DNA from: Callorhinchus milii | Lineage: Eukaryota | DNA: 64,000 nt | Direction: 5' to 3' | Assembly (NCBI RefSeq): GCF_018977255.1 | Contig: NW_024704743.1 | Coordinates: 57,848,001 to 57,912,000, forward strand | Shown here: one piece after another, positions 1 through 10,542 of the stretch | Layout: every line of letters starts with the position of its first letter | Position numbering within the stretch: position 1 is the first letter of the stretch | Notes under the pieces: generated by a model | Told to the model about the DNA's origin: nothing | The model's input: only the letters and a program-made list of their open reading frames with translations | Database searches by the model: none | Program-made: the position numbers and the translations under genes

Positions 1-386
1 TCTGGAAAGTATTAGGCGCAGGTTGGCAAGAGCCAAGGCTTAGGGACCCCAGAGTGTGTGTTGGGGTAATGCTGCGTCTAACCAACTAAAATCACATAAC
101 TTGCTATTAGTATTGTTGTCCGGCAAGCTTTCCCGCTGCTTGTCAAGGACCACCCCTACCAGTTAGGGCTTTGCCATGCAGGGTTAACAGGAGCTGAGTG
201 AGATGAGTCCCTGCCCCCAGTGATGGGTCTGCCCTTCCAGAGCCAGGCTGGCTGTGCTGTCATCAGCAGTGCCCTGGAATACTGTGCAACTACCTGGCTC
301 AGGAACCAGACTACCGAGACTGCCACAGATGGATGGCTCAATCCGACATTCTATTGCCAGTTCAGCTCCAAGTAGACCCTGCTTAC

Positions 387-408
387 CTCCCCGCAAGGAG
401 GATAGTAA
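387..408 (-). CDS. Candidate exon M4 of an uncharacterised minus-strand gene
   Basis: Acceptor ttctttgccttttgtttag, donor GAG|gtaagc, 22 nt. Reads (R)YYPPCGE after M3. Confidence 0.45.
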
Positions 409-451
409 CTAAACAAAAGGCAAAGAACTGCAGATGAGGATAGTCACTACA

Positions 452-2885
452 TCAACAACAACAACACAATTACATTTATGGAGCACCTTTCACGTCGGGA
501 GGACATCCCAAAGCGCTGAACAGTCAGGTGTCGGGGCCCGAGCATGGAGGAGGGGTGGTGTAGGGGTGAGGGAAGGCAGAGAGTTGGGAGGGAGACCAAA
601 GGCATGGTCAAAGAGAAGGGTCTTGAGACCGGCCTTGAAGGAGGCAAGGGAGGAAGCGAGGCGAAGGGACCATGGGATAGAATTCCAGAGCGTGGGGGCA
701 TGGAGGCTGAAAGCTCGGCCACCGATGGTAGGGCGGGTCAGGCGGGAGACATGGAGCAGGCCGTTTGGTAGGGAGTCAGCAGGTCAGAGAGGTAGGAGTG
801 GGCAAGGCCATGGAAGGCCTTGACGGTGAGGATGAGGATCTTGAACTCGATCCTCTGAGGGATGAGGAGCCAGGGGAATCAGGCGAGGGTGGGAGTGATA
901 GGGTCACAGAGCCTGGTGCGTGAGAGTACACCAGCTGCAGAGTTTTGGATGATCTGCAGCTTGTGAAGGGAAGAGTTGGGAAGGCCGATGAGGAGGGAGT
1001 TCCTGTAATTGAGCCTTGATGTGACGAATGTGTGGGTGAGGGTTTCGGCAGCCTGAGGGGTGAGGGAGTGGTGGAGTCTGGTGATGTTGCGGAGGTGGTG
1101 GTAGGCATTGCTGGTCATGACGTGGATGCGGGGTAGAAAGGACAGTTCAGGGTCAAACAAGACACCCAGGTTCCTGACTGGCTTAGTGAGGTTGAGTGTG
1201 CAGCCGTGGAGGCTGATGCTGCCAACGCCTGAGGTGCGGAGGTGCTGCGAGCCAATCAGGAGGGCCTTGGTCTTGCTTACGTTGAGCTGGAGAAGGTTGG
1301 CCCTCATCCAGGACTTGATGTCGGACAAGCAGTCGGTCAGGATCCCAGTAGTCCTGGAGTTGAGGGTGGAGGCAGAAAGATAGAGTTGGGTGTCATCCGC
1401 ATACATGTGGAAATTTACCCCATGTCTGTGGATGATGTCACCAAGGGGGAGCATGTAGAGGGTGAAGAGGAGGGGACCGACGACAGAACCCTGAGGAACA
1501 CTGCACGAGATGGTGCGTGAGCTGGAGGAGAAGCCGTTTGCCATGACGAGGTGGAGGCGATGTGAAAGATAGGACCTGCCCTTCTTTGACCGTGCCTTCA
1601 GCTCCCCTCTCGACTCTCTACCCCCACCTCGCTCCCTCCCTTCCCTCCCCTCACCCTGACCATTTCCCCCCTGCTCAGGTCCTGACCCAACTGTACAGCA
1701 CCTTGGGACGTCCTCCCAATGTGAAAGGCGCTCAATAAATGGAATCTTGTTGTTGTTGTTGTTGAACCAGTCAAGGACAGAACCATGAAGGTTGAGGTGG
1801 GAGGAGCGGCGGTGGAGGAGGATTGAGTGGTCCACGGTGTCAAAGGCGGCGGAGAGGTCGAGGAGAACAAGGAGACAGAGGGAGCCCTGGTCACACATGG
1901 TCAGGATATCATTTGTGACATTGACCAGAGCAGTTTACGTGCTGTGGGCAGTACGGAAACCCGATTGGAGGGGTTCATGGAGGGAGTGAGAGGAGAGGAA
2001 AGAGCGAAACTGGGAGGCAATGGCTCTCTCAAGGGCCTTGGATAGGAAAGGGAGATTTGAGATGGGCCAGTAGCTGGATAGCTGTGATGGGTCAAGGGAA
2101 AGTTTCTTCAAGGTGGGGTTGATAGTGGCTATTTTGACAGGGGTAGGAACCGTGCCAGATGAGAGGGAGAGGTTAATGATGTCGGCAAGTAGTGGGGCAA
2201 GGAGGTGGAGCTGGGATTTAAGGAGAGGGGTGGAGATGGGGTCAAGGGAGCAGGTGGTGGGCTTCATGGAGGTTACGGTGGTGAAGACAGAGGAGGGAGT
2301 GACAGGTTCAAAGGTGTGGAAGGAGGAATGGGTAATTTTGTGGGGTAGGGAGGGGGTGGAAGTTGGGAGGGCAGTGGCAGCTGAGCGGATTCCCTCAATT
2401 TTGGACTCGAGGAGGTCCAGCATTTTCTCGCAGTGAGAGTCAGAGGAAAGAACCTGCGAAGCATGGTGGGGAGGGTGGAGGAGCCGGTTAGTGGTGGAGA
2501 ACAGGAGCCTGGGGTTGCCCTTTGCCTCCAGGATTAACCTGGAATAGAAGGATAATTTGGCTGAGGCAAGAGCGGAGCGGGATGAGGTCCAGCCAAATGT
2601 GGCGGTGGACCGTTTGAGATTTGAGCCAAGTGCATTTAGCAGCCCGCACCTGGCCCTTAAGCGAGCGGAGGTGGCTGATGAACCAGGGTGAGGATCGAGA
2701 ATAGGAGGCAGTTCAGGAGGTGAGGGGGGGCAGGGGGGTCGAGTGTGGTGGAGAGGGTGTTGTGAGGAAGAGTGAGTGTAGTGAGTGGGTTGGTGTGAGA
2801 GGTGGGCCAGAAGGGAAGGAGTTCAGAGGACTCCAGGGCAGCGGAGAGGGATTGCGGGGAGATCTTCTTCCATGGGTGGTAGAAG
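452..2885 (-). mobile_element. L2-clade LINE, 5'-truncated and decayed (ORF2 reverse transcriptase plus 3' tail)
   Basis: ORFs 879-1898 and 1935-2423 carry RT motifs LLDLSAAFDTVDH, VPQGSVVGP, YADDTQLY and WPISNLPFLSKALE, with frameshifts. (TTG)n-type 3' tail at about 452-467. Confidence 0.95.
1578..1763 (+). mobile_element. L2 3' fragment inserted antisense inside the larger L2
   Basis: L2 3' UTR ending gggacgtcctcccaatgtgaaaggcgct...(TTG)n. Splits host LDWF|RSYLS; 186 bp, no TSD. Confidence 0.92.
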
Positions 2886-2915
2886 ATGGTGTTTGAGCAT
2901 TCAATGTACAGAGAG

Positions 2916-3123
2916 AACAACAACAGCTTGCTTTTATATAGCGCTCTTCATGCGGGGTAGCATCCCGGAGTACTTCACAGTGGCGGAGTCTGACCCTGAG
3001 CCGGGGGGAGAAGGAGGTGACGTAAGCACGACCAAAAAGGAAGGTCTTTAGGTGGGATTTGAAAGTGGGGAGGGAGGGGGCAAGGGGTGGGGGTGGAGGG
3101 ATTGAGGGCGAGAGTTCCAGAGT
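2916..3123 (-). mobile_element. L2 3' end, second tail subtype
   Basis: Encodes FKSHLKTFLF and ends gaagagcgctatataaaagcaagc(tgt)n. Confidence 0.85.
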
Positions 3124-3178
3124 TAGAACCAATTTACTGCTGGTCCTCAGTGATATCGCTCGAGTGCTGCCAGCTAAC

Positions 3179-3321
3179 CGTTTAATGTATTGCCGCATAT
3201 TGCCATCTGGAGTTCTTAAGGCAGACCGTCTCTTTCCCGAGACAACAATTAGGGCCTGTGGATTCTGTTGTGGATTGCGCATTGCTGTCTGACTGTGGTA
3301 AATTAGCAATTTTTGGGAGGC
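3179..3321 (-). CDS. Candidate exon M3 of the minus-strand gene
   Basis: Acceptor ttttcattttcaaaag. Open in phase 0: ASQKLLIYHSQTAMRNPQQNPQALIVVSGKRRSALRTPDGNMRQYIK. Donor CG|gttagc, or an alternative gtaaat donor ending the exon at 3138. Confidence 0.45.
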
Positions 3322-4125
3322 CTTTTGAAAATGAAAATTGCAACGGGAAGATCCTGAAGGTTTTGCTCATACGTATTGGTTGTAAAGATATATTTTGAAA
3401 TATGCGGCAAGCTTGTAGTTCTTTTAGCAATGCAATTTATAATGTTTTACCGATTAAAGAGGCTGCCAATTACTATCCCCAGTCTCTTTTCTTTGTGCTA
3501 CACATGATGTAACTGCTCTGCTTCAACAGAACACTCATCAACACCTCTGCTGGAGAACAGAGGCTTCATAACAAGTGCAGTGCAAGGTGCTTGTCAGTAA
3601 TTAAGATTTCAGCTTGCTTTTCCAGATAGCAGAATGAGTGTAGCCTGGCCTCGATTAAATCTTGCTCTTTGAAATGTCACAGTGCCAGTTTATCCAGCTG
3701 CTACAGTACAGTGCAGTCGATCTCAAAATAACACAACATAACTGAAGTAAATGCAGTAGCATCTTCCTACGTGAATTAATAGCAACCAAAAACAAACCCT
3801 TTGGTACACGGAAACAGCCAGGGATTCCTGGTAGATGTATCTCAGTATAAGTGACTGGAATAAATATGCTACAGCTGCCACATTTCAAATCGAGCTAAGA
3901 TGCTCAAATACACACCAGTGGCCATCTGTCAAACTTTAACAGAAAATAGCAGATTTTAGTTACTTGCTTCAGCCAATAAATGCGCATTTGAAAAATTGAA
4001 AAAAGCATGAGAAAAATTATTCTGTGAGTGGGATATGACTTCTCATTTTGGTTGTAATGCTGTCATTTCTTTTCGTAGTAAAAAATAAATCCCAATTTAC
4101 TGTGCAAGAATAGGGAGCGTATTAC

Positions 4126-4157
4126 CTGCAGGCTCCTGTCCGTCTCTCGCCAAGGAG
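4126..4157 (-). CDS. Candidate exon M2 of the minus-strand gene (coding or 5' UTR)
   Basis: Acceptor gattccttttcag, donor CAG|gtaata, 32 nt, (A)PWRETDRSLQ. Confidence 0.45.
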
Positions 4158-4779
4158 CTGAAAAGGAATCCATACAAAATGACTGATGACCCACTTTCAT
4201 GGGAAACAGAAACACAGTGAGACTTTACTGAGGGGGTGGTACATGCTCCCGGCTTCAGTGCAATGCCTACACATTTGCAGGTTCTTTATGGGAGAATCCA
4301 AATATTATACAAGCAAAGGTGCACACTGGTAATAAAGGATACCATCACCGCTGTACTCTGGGACAGGTGCACAATACCACTTCTATTGCCTTTCATTCCC
4401 TTGCCATGCTTTGTAGAATTTCTACAACAAACATTATGGCCCATAACAGTTTTAACGTGAAATATCACATTGAAATGGTTATGAAACGTTACATTTTCCC
4501 ATCCATTCTTAAAAACTAGCTTCCAACCTTCCCTCCTGCCTCCCCACTTTCAGCATAATGGATTGTTCATACGATTAATAGGTATAAATGATGTCAACAT
4601 CTTTGATCTCACTAAATAGACTTGATATTCTTTGCACAACCCTCAAGACAACATTTGAGTGCTGCTTTGTGAGATACCCTCAGAGTAAAGTTCAATTCTA
4701 TTTTTAGTGATCACCGCAATAAGGGGGAGCATAACAACAGAGATTAGTTTGCACCGAACCATTGTACTGTAGCCAAAGA

Positions 4780-5100
4780 TATTAATAATAATCCAAAGAT
4801 TTAGCACCATTTACGTCAGGAGGTCATGTCAAAGGATTTCACAGTATCTACTGTAAAACGTAGTGACTGTGCATTTTGCAGAAAACACACCAGCCAATTT
4901 ACACCTGCTAATGTCCAACAAATTTCCATGATGTGAATAATCAGTTTTATCTGGGGTTATTGTTGGCCAGGGCCCAGCAGGGCAAACACCCTTCTCTTTT
5001 TGAATAGTGACATGGGATCCTCCACCTGAACAACCAGGAAGGACCTTGGGATGGGGGGGGGTTGGGGAGAGGATACTCCGGTGAAGCAGCACTGAAATAC
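4780..5100 (-). mobile_element. Old Deu-domain SINE
   Basis: Degenerate cagccaattt...ctcttt..gaatagtg.catgggatc..ccacctga core of shark DeuSINEs. Confidence 0.65.
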
Positions 5101-5488
5101 TGGTTCTAGTATTGGAAAAAAAAGTCAGACGTGATCAACAATATCCAGGTCGGTGGCAATTTGTTTTCGGGGGTGGGGTGGGTAGGGGGCACGTTTCAGT
5201 TCCATAGCCAGTCATTAGGAATGAACAGAAAAATACCATTATTAAAATACAGTGGAAGTTGGTTAAGCCAGACACATCTGGGAAGGACATTTTGTTCAGA
5301 TTAAGAGGCGTCCGAGGTTAACCGAAATGCCATTCCCGCCCAGCAGAGCAGGGCGGCAACGCCGTATAATAATATATAATATTGTTGTTTCACTTGAAGA
5401 ATGTTGACTGATTAAACAGGACACCGAGTATTTTAACCGAGGAGTTAAAGCTAAAATACTCTCACAGAATTCAGTAAAATATATTTAC

Positions 5489-5543
5489 CTTTGTTAGGCT
5501 GAAAATTACCAGGAGGCTTCCTCTCTCCCATCGCCATTCCCAT
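5489..5543 (-). CDS. Candidate first exon M1 of the minus-strand gene (coding or 5' UTR)
   Basis: Three in-frame ATGs give MGMAMGERKPPGNFQPNK. Donor AAG|gtaaat. The first ATG overlaps a CCAAT box, so this may instead be promoter or UTR. Confidence 0.35.
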
Positions 5544-5779
5544 TGGACAAGAAGGGGACCAACTAGCCTGGCTCTGAGTTGACTGATAGTCTGGAGCTCT
5601 CCACCCATTCACAAGTGGCTCAGCTGTCAATCAATTGTGATTTGACTCCTCCCATTCCCTCCCTTGTTTATTATCCATTCCTCTGGCCCCCCCCCTCCTC
5701 CCCACCTCGATTGATTGACAGCCCAACTCCAGCCGCCGATGAATGGCTGGAGTCCGTTGTCAATCAATCACAATAGACT

Positions 5780-5824
5780 ACTCCCATCTCGAATCCTGGG
5801 CCGCTCGAGACACAGAAGGCCCGA
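5780..5824 (+). other. Candidate non-coding first exon P1 of an uncharacterised plus-strand gene (start approximate)
   Basis: Donor CGA|gtgagt at 5825, just downstream of the TALE sites. Confidence 0.4.
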
Positions 5825-6086
5825 GTGAGTAATTGAGCCATGACCAGCGTGGTATTTTGACCGGATTAACCAGATTTTTATCCGAATCAACCCGCATAGT
5901 TAAAATGGGTAACAGTACAATGAATCGGGTAATGAATCGGGGTCGAGCATTTTGTTTCATTTACCCGGCATTCGGGATTAACCAGCATCCGGCTAAAGCG
6001 GAGTCCAATGTATTTCAATATGATATCACGTTTCATCTGTTATGGAATGTTGCATTTTTCAACCTTTATTTTTGCTATTCAGAATA

Positions 6087-6202
6087 ATGAGCACAGCAAA
6101 TAATGCCAAACCATTGCTTCTAATTACAGCAAAGGCACAGCGCATTGAAGTTTATATGCTAAAGTTTTTATTTAGAGAACCCAGTGATTTGAATGCTTTC
6201 CA
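6087..6202 (+). CDS. Candidate exon P2 (ATG exon) of the plus-strand gene
   Basis: Acceptor ctttatttttgctattcag (exon starts 6083), ataATG, MSTANNAKPLLLITAKAQRIEVYMLKFLFREPSDLNAF, donor CA|gtaatg, phase 2. Confidence 0.45.
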
Positions 6203-6302
6203 GTAATGAAGTGGTTTGCGCTGCAGATTAAGTTCAGATGGAGAAGGAATGACTAAATAGGCTAAAGTGCAAATATTGTTAATTAGTTATTTTCGTATTC
6301 AG

Positions 6303-6348
6303 TCGGTGGAAAGCCTTATCTTTGCAAAGTGTTCCTAAACAGGCTCGC
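6303..6348 (+). CDS. Candidate exon P3
   Basis: ttattttcgtattcag / CGC|gtaagt; 46 nt; (H)RWKALSLQSVPKQAR. Confidence 0.5.
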
Positions 6349-6488
6349 GTAAGTTTTTTTTATCAGATTCAAGTTGCATGTAGGTTATATGGGTCATTGA
6401 TGAGCAAAACATTGATTTTCTTACCCACCCTCAGATTTTCTCTAATGCTATGTGGATTTACTTGGATAAACTCCACGTCAACCTCTAG

Positions 6489-6537
6489 GGTTCCCAAGCC
6501 TCTTGTCAACCTATACCTAATACTGACCCTGATTTAG
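6489..6537 (+). CDS. Candidate exon P4
   Basis: cgtcaacctctag / TAG|gtaagc; 49 nt; GSQASCQPIPNTDPDL. Confidence 0.45.
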
Positions 6538-7287
6538 GTAAGCTGTGTGTGTGCCTCCAGGGAGAGATTGTGCATTCCATTCCAGACACAGGGAAACTTC
6601 CACTTGAAGGTAGGATGCATGAAACTCTTAGTCTGGTTTGGATACTCGGATAGTCGGGTAGGGGGAACGCATAGTAAGCTCAAGTTTGACATGTGAAGGG
6701 AGTGAGCAGAAGAGCCATATAGAAGAATATCACAGAGATAGAAAGGTGCTAGGGCAGAGAGAGATTTATCTCAACCATTCCTTGTGTTAATCGATGGATT
6801 TCCAGATGATTTTCTTCACCCTCATCCCCACCCCACTGCTGTGTCAAGGAACTATATATAGCTCCACTCATATCAGGAGGACATCTCAAAGCACATATCA
6901 AATGTAAGGATTATTATTATCATTACTATTATTAGTAGTAGTTTTATTATCATTTTTATAATGGCATCTCTGCCAAAACTTAGCTCCAGTTATCAAGAAC
7001 CTGTATGAGGGGAAAATCTTAGGTTTGTGAAATGACTAACATCAAAGATAGTCACATTGGGCAATTACAGAAATTAATTGTTTGTAAGAATTTAGGGATG
7101 CCTAAAAGTACCTGTGTTGCTTGTTTATTCTGCTCATTAAAGAGAGAAAGTAGCTCCTTTTAAGACCAAACCTCGCAATAAAATCCATGCAAAATGTCAG
7201 GAGAGCATTAAAAGAGAAGAATGGCTTGTCTGGGGAAAATCTAAATTTCTCATTTAGGCAGAGCCATAACACTAGAATGCCAGATCC

Positions 7288-7936
7288 GAACAGTCATAAA
7301 CTCGGTAAAGGAGGCCCTTTGGCATTCCCGAAATCAAGTGTTCTTCTGGCAGAATGAGGGGATGGTGAGGGCCTGCCTCAGGCTCACCCACACCAGGATC
7401 AGGGACTATATACTGAGGGACAGGTTGAAGTTCAGCTAAACCACGGCAAAGGCCAGATGGGGCCCGACCCCGGCAGGAGCCGCTCCGGCACGACCCGTTC
7501 AAGACGCACCCACTAGGTAGCCCACAAACTTACCCAAAGCTGACTGAAGTAAGGGTACAGAAGGACTCTCGCGATGTAATCAAAGAGCATCCCGAAAATA
7601 TATGTACGGTAAACATGTGTTTGTACGGTGCACATCAGGACACCTTCCGAAAGTGGCAATTGCGTCTTATCAGGGTGTGTACGGGCGCGCACATGGATAT
7701 GGTGCACACAGGGGAGACTCCCGATTGTGCTAAAGAGAGCGTCCCAAAATATGTGTGCACAACCTATGTGCGGGGAAGGAATGTACTGTAAACAACAGAA
7801 TGTTTTTTGTATCGGGAGAAAAGGAAAAAATTGCAACAAAAATATTTTGTTTTTGTTTTGGGATTTCTGTTGTATGAAATATTATATTTATAAATAAATA
7901 AGAAATTTATGAATAAATATATATTTACTTAAAGAA
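7288..7936 (+). mobile_element. Tx1-type (L1 clade) retrotransposon 3' fragment
   Basis: Reads TVINSVKEALWHSRNQVFF...IRDYILRDRLKFS*TTAKARWG, like Tx1 ORF2 C-termini. 3' UTR ends tttatgaataaa. Flanked by direct repeat GCCAGATCC (7279-7287, 7937-7945). Confidence 0.85.
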
Positions 7937-8108
7937 GCCAGATCCCTGGTATCAAGCTTTTTCGGGACTAAAATATATCTCCTTTCAATTAATAATTTCA
8001 TGTTTCAGATATGTTACATTTGTTCAAAACATTATCTCAGCAAAAAAAGAGACATTTCCGAACAGCTTTGGCATTGTAAAATATGAATTGAGTTCCTCTA
8101 TTATTTAG

Positions 8109-8125
8109 AAGCTCGTTGGTATGCT
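8109..8125 (+). CDS. Candidate microexon P5
   Basis: ttcctctattatttag / GCT|gtaagt; 17 nt; (E)ARWYA. Confidence 0.35.
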
Positions 8126-8708
8126 GTAAGTGTCAATGAGACTTAAAGCAGCCACAAGAACTGAACCTTTTAGTCATTAGTTTGATGATGGCTAACATTA
8201 TTATGGGCATAATAAAATCTGCTATAGACAAGAATTCATAGGTGTCGTGCTGGGAAACCAATGATGTGGGTCGGTTTGTGACTGGGGGCAAGGAATATCT
8301 CATCAAAGCACACAAATTCCATGTGTCTCTTTCAAAATTTAAAGCCCTTAATGGAATAGTTTTTGAGGTTCACAGATTTTAAAGAGATCCTCTTCGAGAC
8401 CCTGGTGATAAGGGAACATTGCTTCTTAAAACAAAATAAGGCAAAAACAAATGCACGAAAAGCACAAGGTCATTTTCTGTTCACCTAGATTTCTAAATGT
8501 TACCTTTCAGATTGGATAATATGCTGTACATTGGGCAACAGACCCCCTGCACAGAGAGTTTACAGCAGTTACTGATGGCATGCAATGCATGCAAATCAGG
8601 TCTCTGGCATTCTGACTACCAGAGAATGTGAAAATCTACCGCTGGGAACAAAAGGACAAAACCCAAGATCAAAGTCATTACTAATCGCATTACATCTTTC
8701 ATATACAG

Positions 8709-8799
8709 AGAAAACTCCATTGCCATGAGGTCAGGGAAACTTATAGTGCACAGCAAAAGCAACCAGGACAAGAAGAAAATCTGAAGAGTACAATGTTAT
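8709..8799 (+). CDS. Candidate exon P6
   Basis: catctttcatatacag / TAT|gtaagt; 91 nt; only phase 0 is open: RKLHCHEVRETYSAQQKQPGQEENLKSTML. Confidence 0.45.
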
Positions 8800-8874
8800 G
8801 TAAGTAGATCATTGTACGTCAGAGAGTTGTGCACTTAAATAATAATAATAATATCCTTGCATTTGTTCTGTAGA

Positions 8875-9185
8875 GTGGAGTCCCGCAGCTCAGTGGTTAG
8901 AGCACTTGCTTTGCAAGTGAGAGACCTAGGTTCGATTCCCGGCAGGGTGAAACCTTGGGCAAGTTTCCTTACTCCACACGCCTAATAATAATCTCAAGAA
9001 AAACAAATAATAAATTGGTCTTCAATCCACAACTGTTTGTGGGACACTGCTGTGCGCAATTGGCTGCCGCGGTTTGCCCACAAATATACAGTCAATTCAC
9101 TTTACAGTCTATTCTGTGAAGCGCTTTGAGATGACTAGAAAACGTGAAAAGCACTATATCAAATGCAAGGATTATTATTATTATT
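8875..9185 (+). mobile_element. Full-length tRNA-derived Deu-domain SINE
   Basis: A box (cagctcagtgg), B box (ggttcgattcc), TGC anticodon-like loop, Deu core gtgggacactgctgtgcgcaattggctgccg, L2-like tail, (TTA)n. Confidence 0.93.
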
Positions 9186-9439
9186 TGATATAGCAATTTA
9201 TCACATCATTGAGACATATCAAAGTGCTTCATAGGATTTTACTTTGTTTGCTGATCAGACGGGTGTCTTACACATGTGGGAAAACGTATCCATACTTCAG
9301 AGAATCCAAACCAAATTGAGCATTCAATACATCCCATCTCTACATGGATAGCACTTTGTATTGGAAAGGAATGGGTACACTCTCCCTGCAGTGACACAGC
9401 CTTCTTCCTTAATTCCGGAGAATATTGGAACAGGTTCCA

Positions 9440-9645
9440 AGAACAATGGGAGAAAATCCCTTATCTTTAACGTCCACCTGAACAGGCAGGTATGATCTTA
9501 ATTTAACATCCAATCCAAAGGATGACATCTCCACCAATGCAGCCCTCTCCTTGGAGTGCCAAGAGTATGAATTTACAGTCCTGACGTGGAGCTTGAACCT
9601 ACAACCTTTTGACTCAGAGCCAAGAATGCACCAACTGAGCCAGGT
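9440..9645 (-). mobile_element. Old tRNA-headed SINE, 5' part
   Basis: Minus strand reads tggctcagttggtgca...gagtc...ggttcaagc followed by caggtggacgttaaagat. Confidence 0.7.
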
Positions 9646-9802
9646 TGACATCTGATACAGTAATTCAGTCAAAAATACTTGTATGCAAATTTGATTCAAG
9701 CAAACCTGGTTCAAGTCTTAGGTTTGTTCCTTGCCCGACAAACAATTTCTTGTGACTTTCCTGACCTGCTGCATGTAACAAGATTCCACTTGAATAAACT
9801 AG

Positions 9803-9871
9803 ATATGCCCACTTCAATATCACATCCAGTGAATCACTCGAAAGAAAGGCTGTACTACTGTTACCGGCTGT
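9803..9871 (+). CDS. Candidate exon P7
   Basis: Weak acceptor aataaactag, donor TGT|gtgagt; 69 nt; (Y)MPTSISHPVNHSKERLYYCYRL. Confidence 0.3.
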
Positions 9872-10542
9872 GTGAGTAAATAATGGTTGTATTACCATGA
9901 GCAAGATGACATATCATTGCAGTCAGCATGCAGGAAACTGACTGTTAAATGTAAGACCTGTGAATAAATACACTTGAATTTGAATAATACAGAAACTCCA
10001 CTTATATACCCTGCACCCTTTTAGTGCAAGTTCAAAGCGATATAACCTCAATGTGCATCGGAGGATAATTGGCAAATTCAGGGAATGATTGAAATGTACA
10101 CAAATGGCTCAGGGCCAGTCGTCTTTGTGATTACTATTATGGACCATTAAAGTAGGATTTTATTCAAAAATTAACCAGCATTTTTATAAATGGGATTTTT
10201 TTTTGTCAACAAACAGGAGAAAATGACACATGATGCAATGTGGTGTTTGCCTCCCAAAACACACTTCACTGGATGTGCTTTGGGACACCCTCCTGATGTG
10301 AAACAACAACTTATGTATATAATTGTATATCAATCTCAGTTGTTTTGATTCTGATTTTAAGGTTATGCCGCATCTACCCCAGGAGTGGGGAGTAAGCAGC
10401 TCAGAGAAGTAGGGAGGTGCCAGGGCATGAAGAGACTTGTAGACGGCTGTGACGATCCTGAAGTCAAAAGATAATATATAACTAAATTGTACCGTACAAT
10501 GTAATAACTGTATTTTCCTCAAATCCGATCACCTGTTCACGT

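Larger units (their letters stand above)
5300..6030. promoter_or_regulatory. CpG-rich candidate bidirectional promoter with PBX/PREP(MEIS)-type and CCAAT sites
   Basis: TGATTGACAG at 5712-5721, its reverse complement at 5624-5633, near-matches at 5757-5766 and about 5580-5589. CCAAT at 5542-5546 (minus) and 6005-6009 (plus). CpGs visibly enriched; outward-facing splice donors at 5488 (minus) and 5825 (plus). Confidence 0.65.

Noticed and set aside
879..2423. Active or domesticated reverse transcriptase
   Set aside because: Frameshifts, stops, a 3' deletion and no endonuclease domain.
5743..5824. ATG in P1 (MAGVRCQSIT...) as start of the plus-strand protein
   Set aside because: Meets TAA immediately on splicing to P2 and overlaps the TALE sites; at most a uORF.
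8875..8950. tRNA-Ala(TGC) gene (also at 38652, 41600, 46440, 48540)
   Set aside because: Cloverleaf is degenerate and each continues into a SINE body and tail.
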